Positions 63,842 to 64,000 of a stretch of 64,000 nucleotides of DNA are shown here, piece after piece. Source of the stretch: Squalus acanthias. Its lineage: Eukaryota. The notes under the pieces were generated by a model. It ran no database searches. It worked only from the letters and a program-made list of their open reading frames with translations, and had not been told where the DNA came from. Numbering within the stretch: position 1 is the stretch's first letter; every line of letters starts with the position of its first letter. The stretch spans positions 132,682,001-132,746,000 of the forward strand of contig CM059431.1 in the NCBI GenBank assembly GCA_030390025.1, read 5' to 3'. The position numbers were made by a program, and so were the translations under genes.

Positions 63842-64000
63842 GGGCTAGAAATTCAGTGCCTTAGCGCCTCCTGTTAGCATCTCCGGGGGGGCTAACGAGA
63901 CACTAAGGACCTACCGCAGTAATATTACCGCCGCCCGCGAAATTCACGTGGCGGTTTGCGGCGGCGGTAACCCCTAGCGCCACAATCTCCTGCGCCCAGA
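63842..64000 (+). mobile_element. Start of a Harbinger-type MITE (family of 10589), running off the window
   Basis: GGGCTAGAAATT after ata; gcgcctcctgttagc...atctcctgcgccc collinear with 10589-10755. Confidence 0.75.

Overview
This is eukaryotic, vertebrate genomic DNA. The repeat families point to a cartilaginous fish, probably a shark (inference). The whole window lies inside one + strand gene, GPR180 (GOST-family seven-transmembrane protein). Six coding exons (2-7, 959 nt) splice in frame through canonical GT-AG sites; exon 1 and the last exons lie outside the window. The introns are filled with decayed, heavily nested transposable elements: CR1 LINEs, a second CR1-group LINE family, L2-type tails, a Vingi/Ingi-like LINE, Penelope-like elements, tRNA-derived SINEs, PIF/Harbinger transposons and MITEs, and a hAT MITE. 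Almost every ORF in the supplied track is a TE remnant or spurious. The most notable non-obvious signals are: minimal hammerhead ribozyme cores in Penelope terminal repeats, two of which show a compensatory base-pair change; fold-back Penelope inserts; a SINE-head/LINE-body chimeric retrocopy; a four-level TE nest; several Harbinger derivatives keeping Myb/SANT or transposase pieces; hairpin-rich MITEs; a homogeneous 60-bp VNTR; and good CTCF and RFX motif matches in non-repetitive intron DNA. I found no convincing wholly new system. Exon, TIR and TSD coordinates were read by hand; other repeat boundaries are approximate and family names come from recalled motifs, not from searches.
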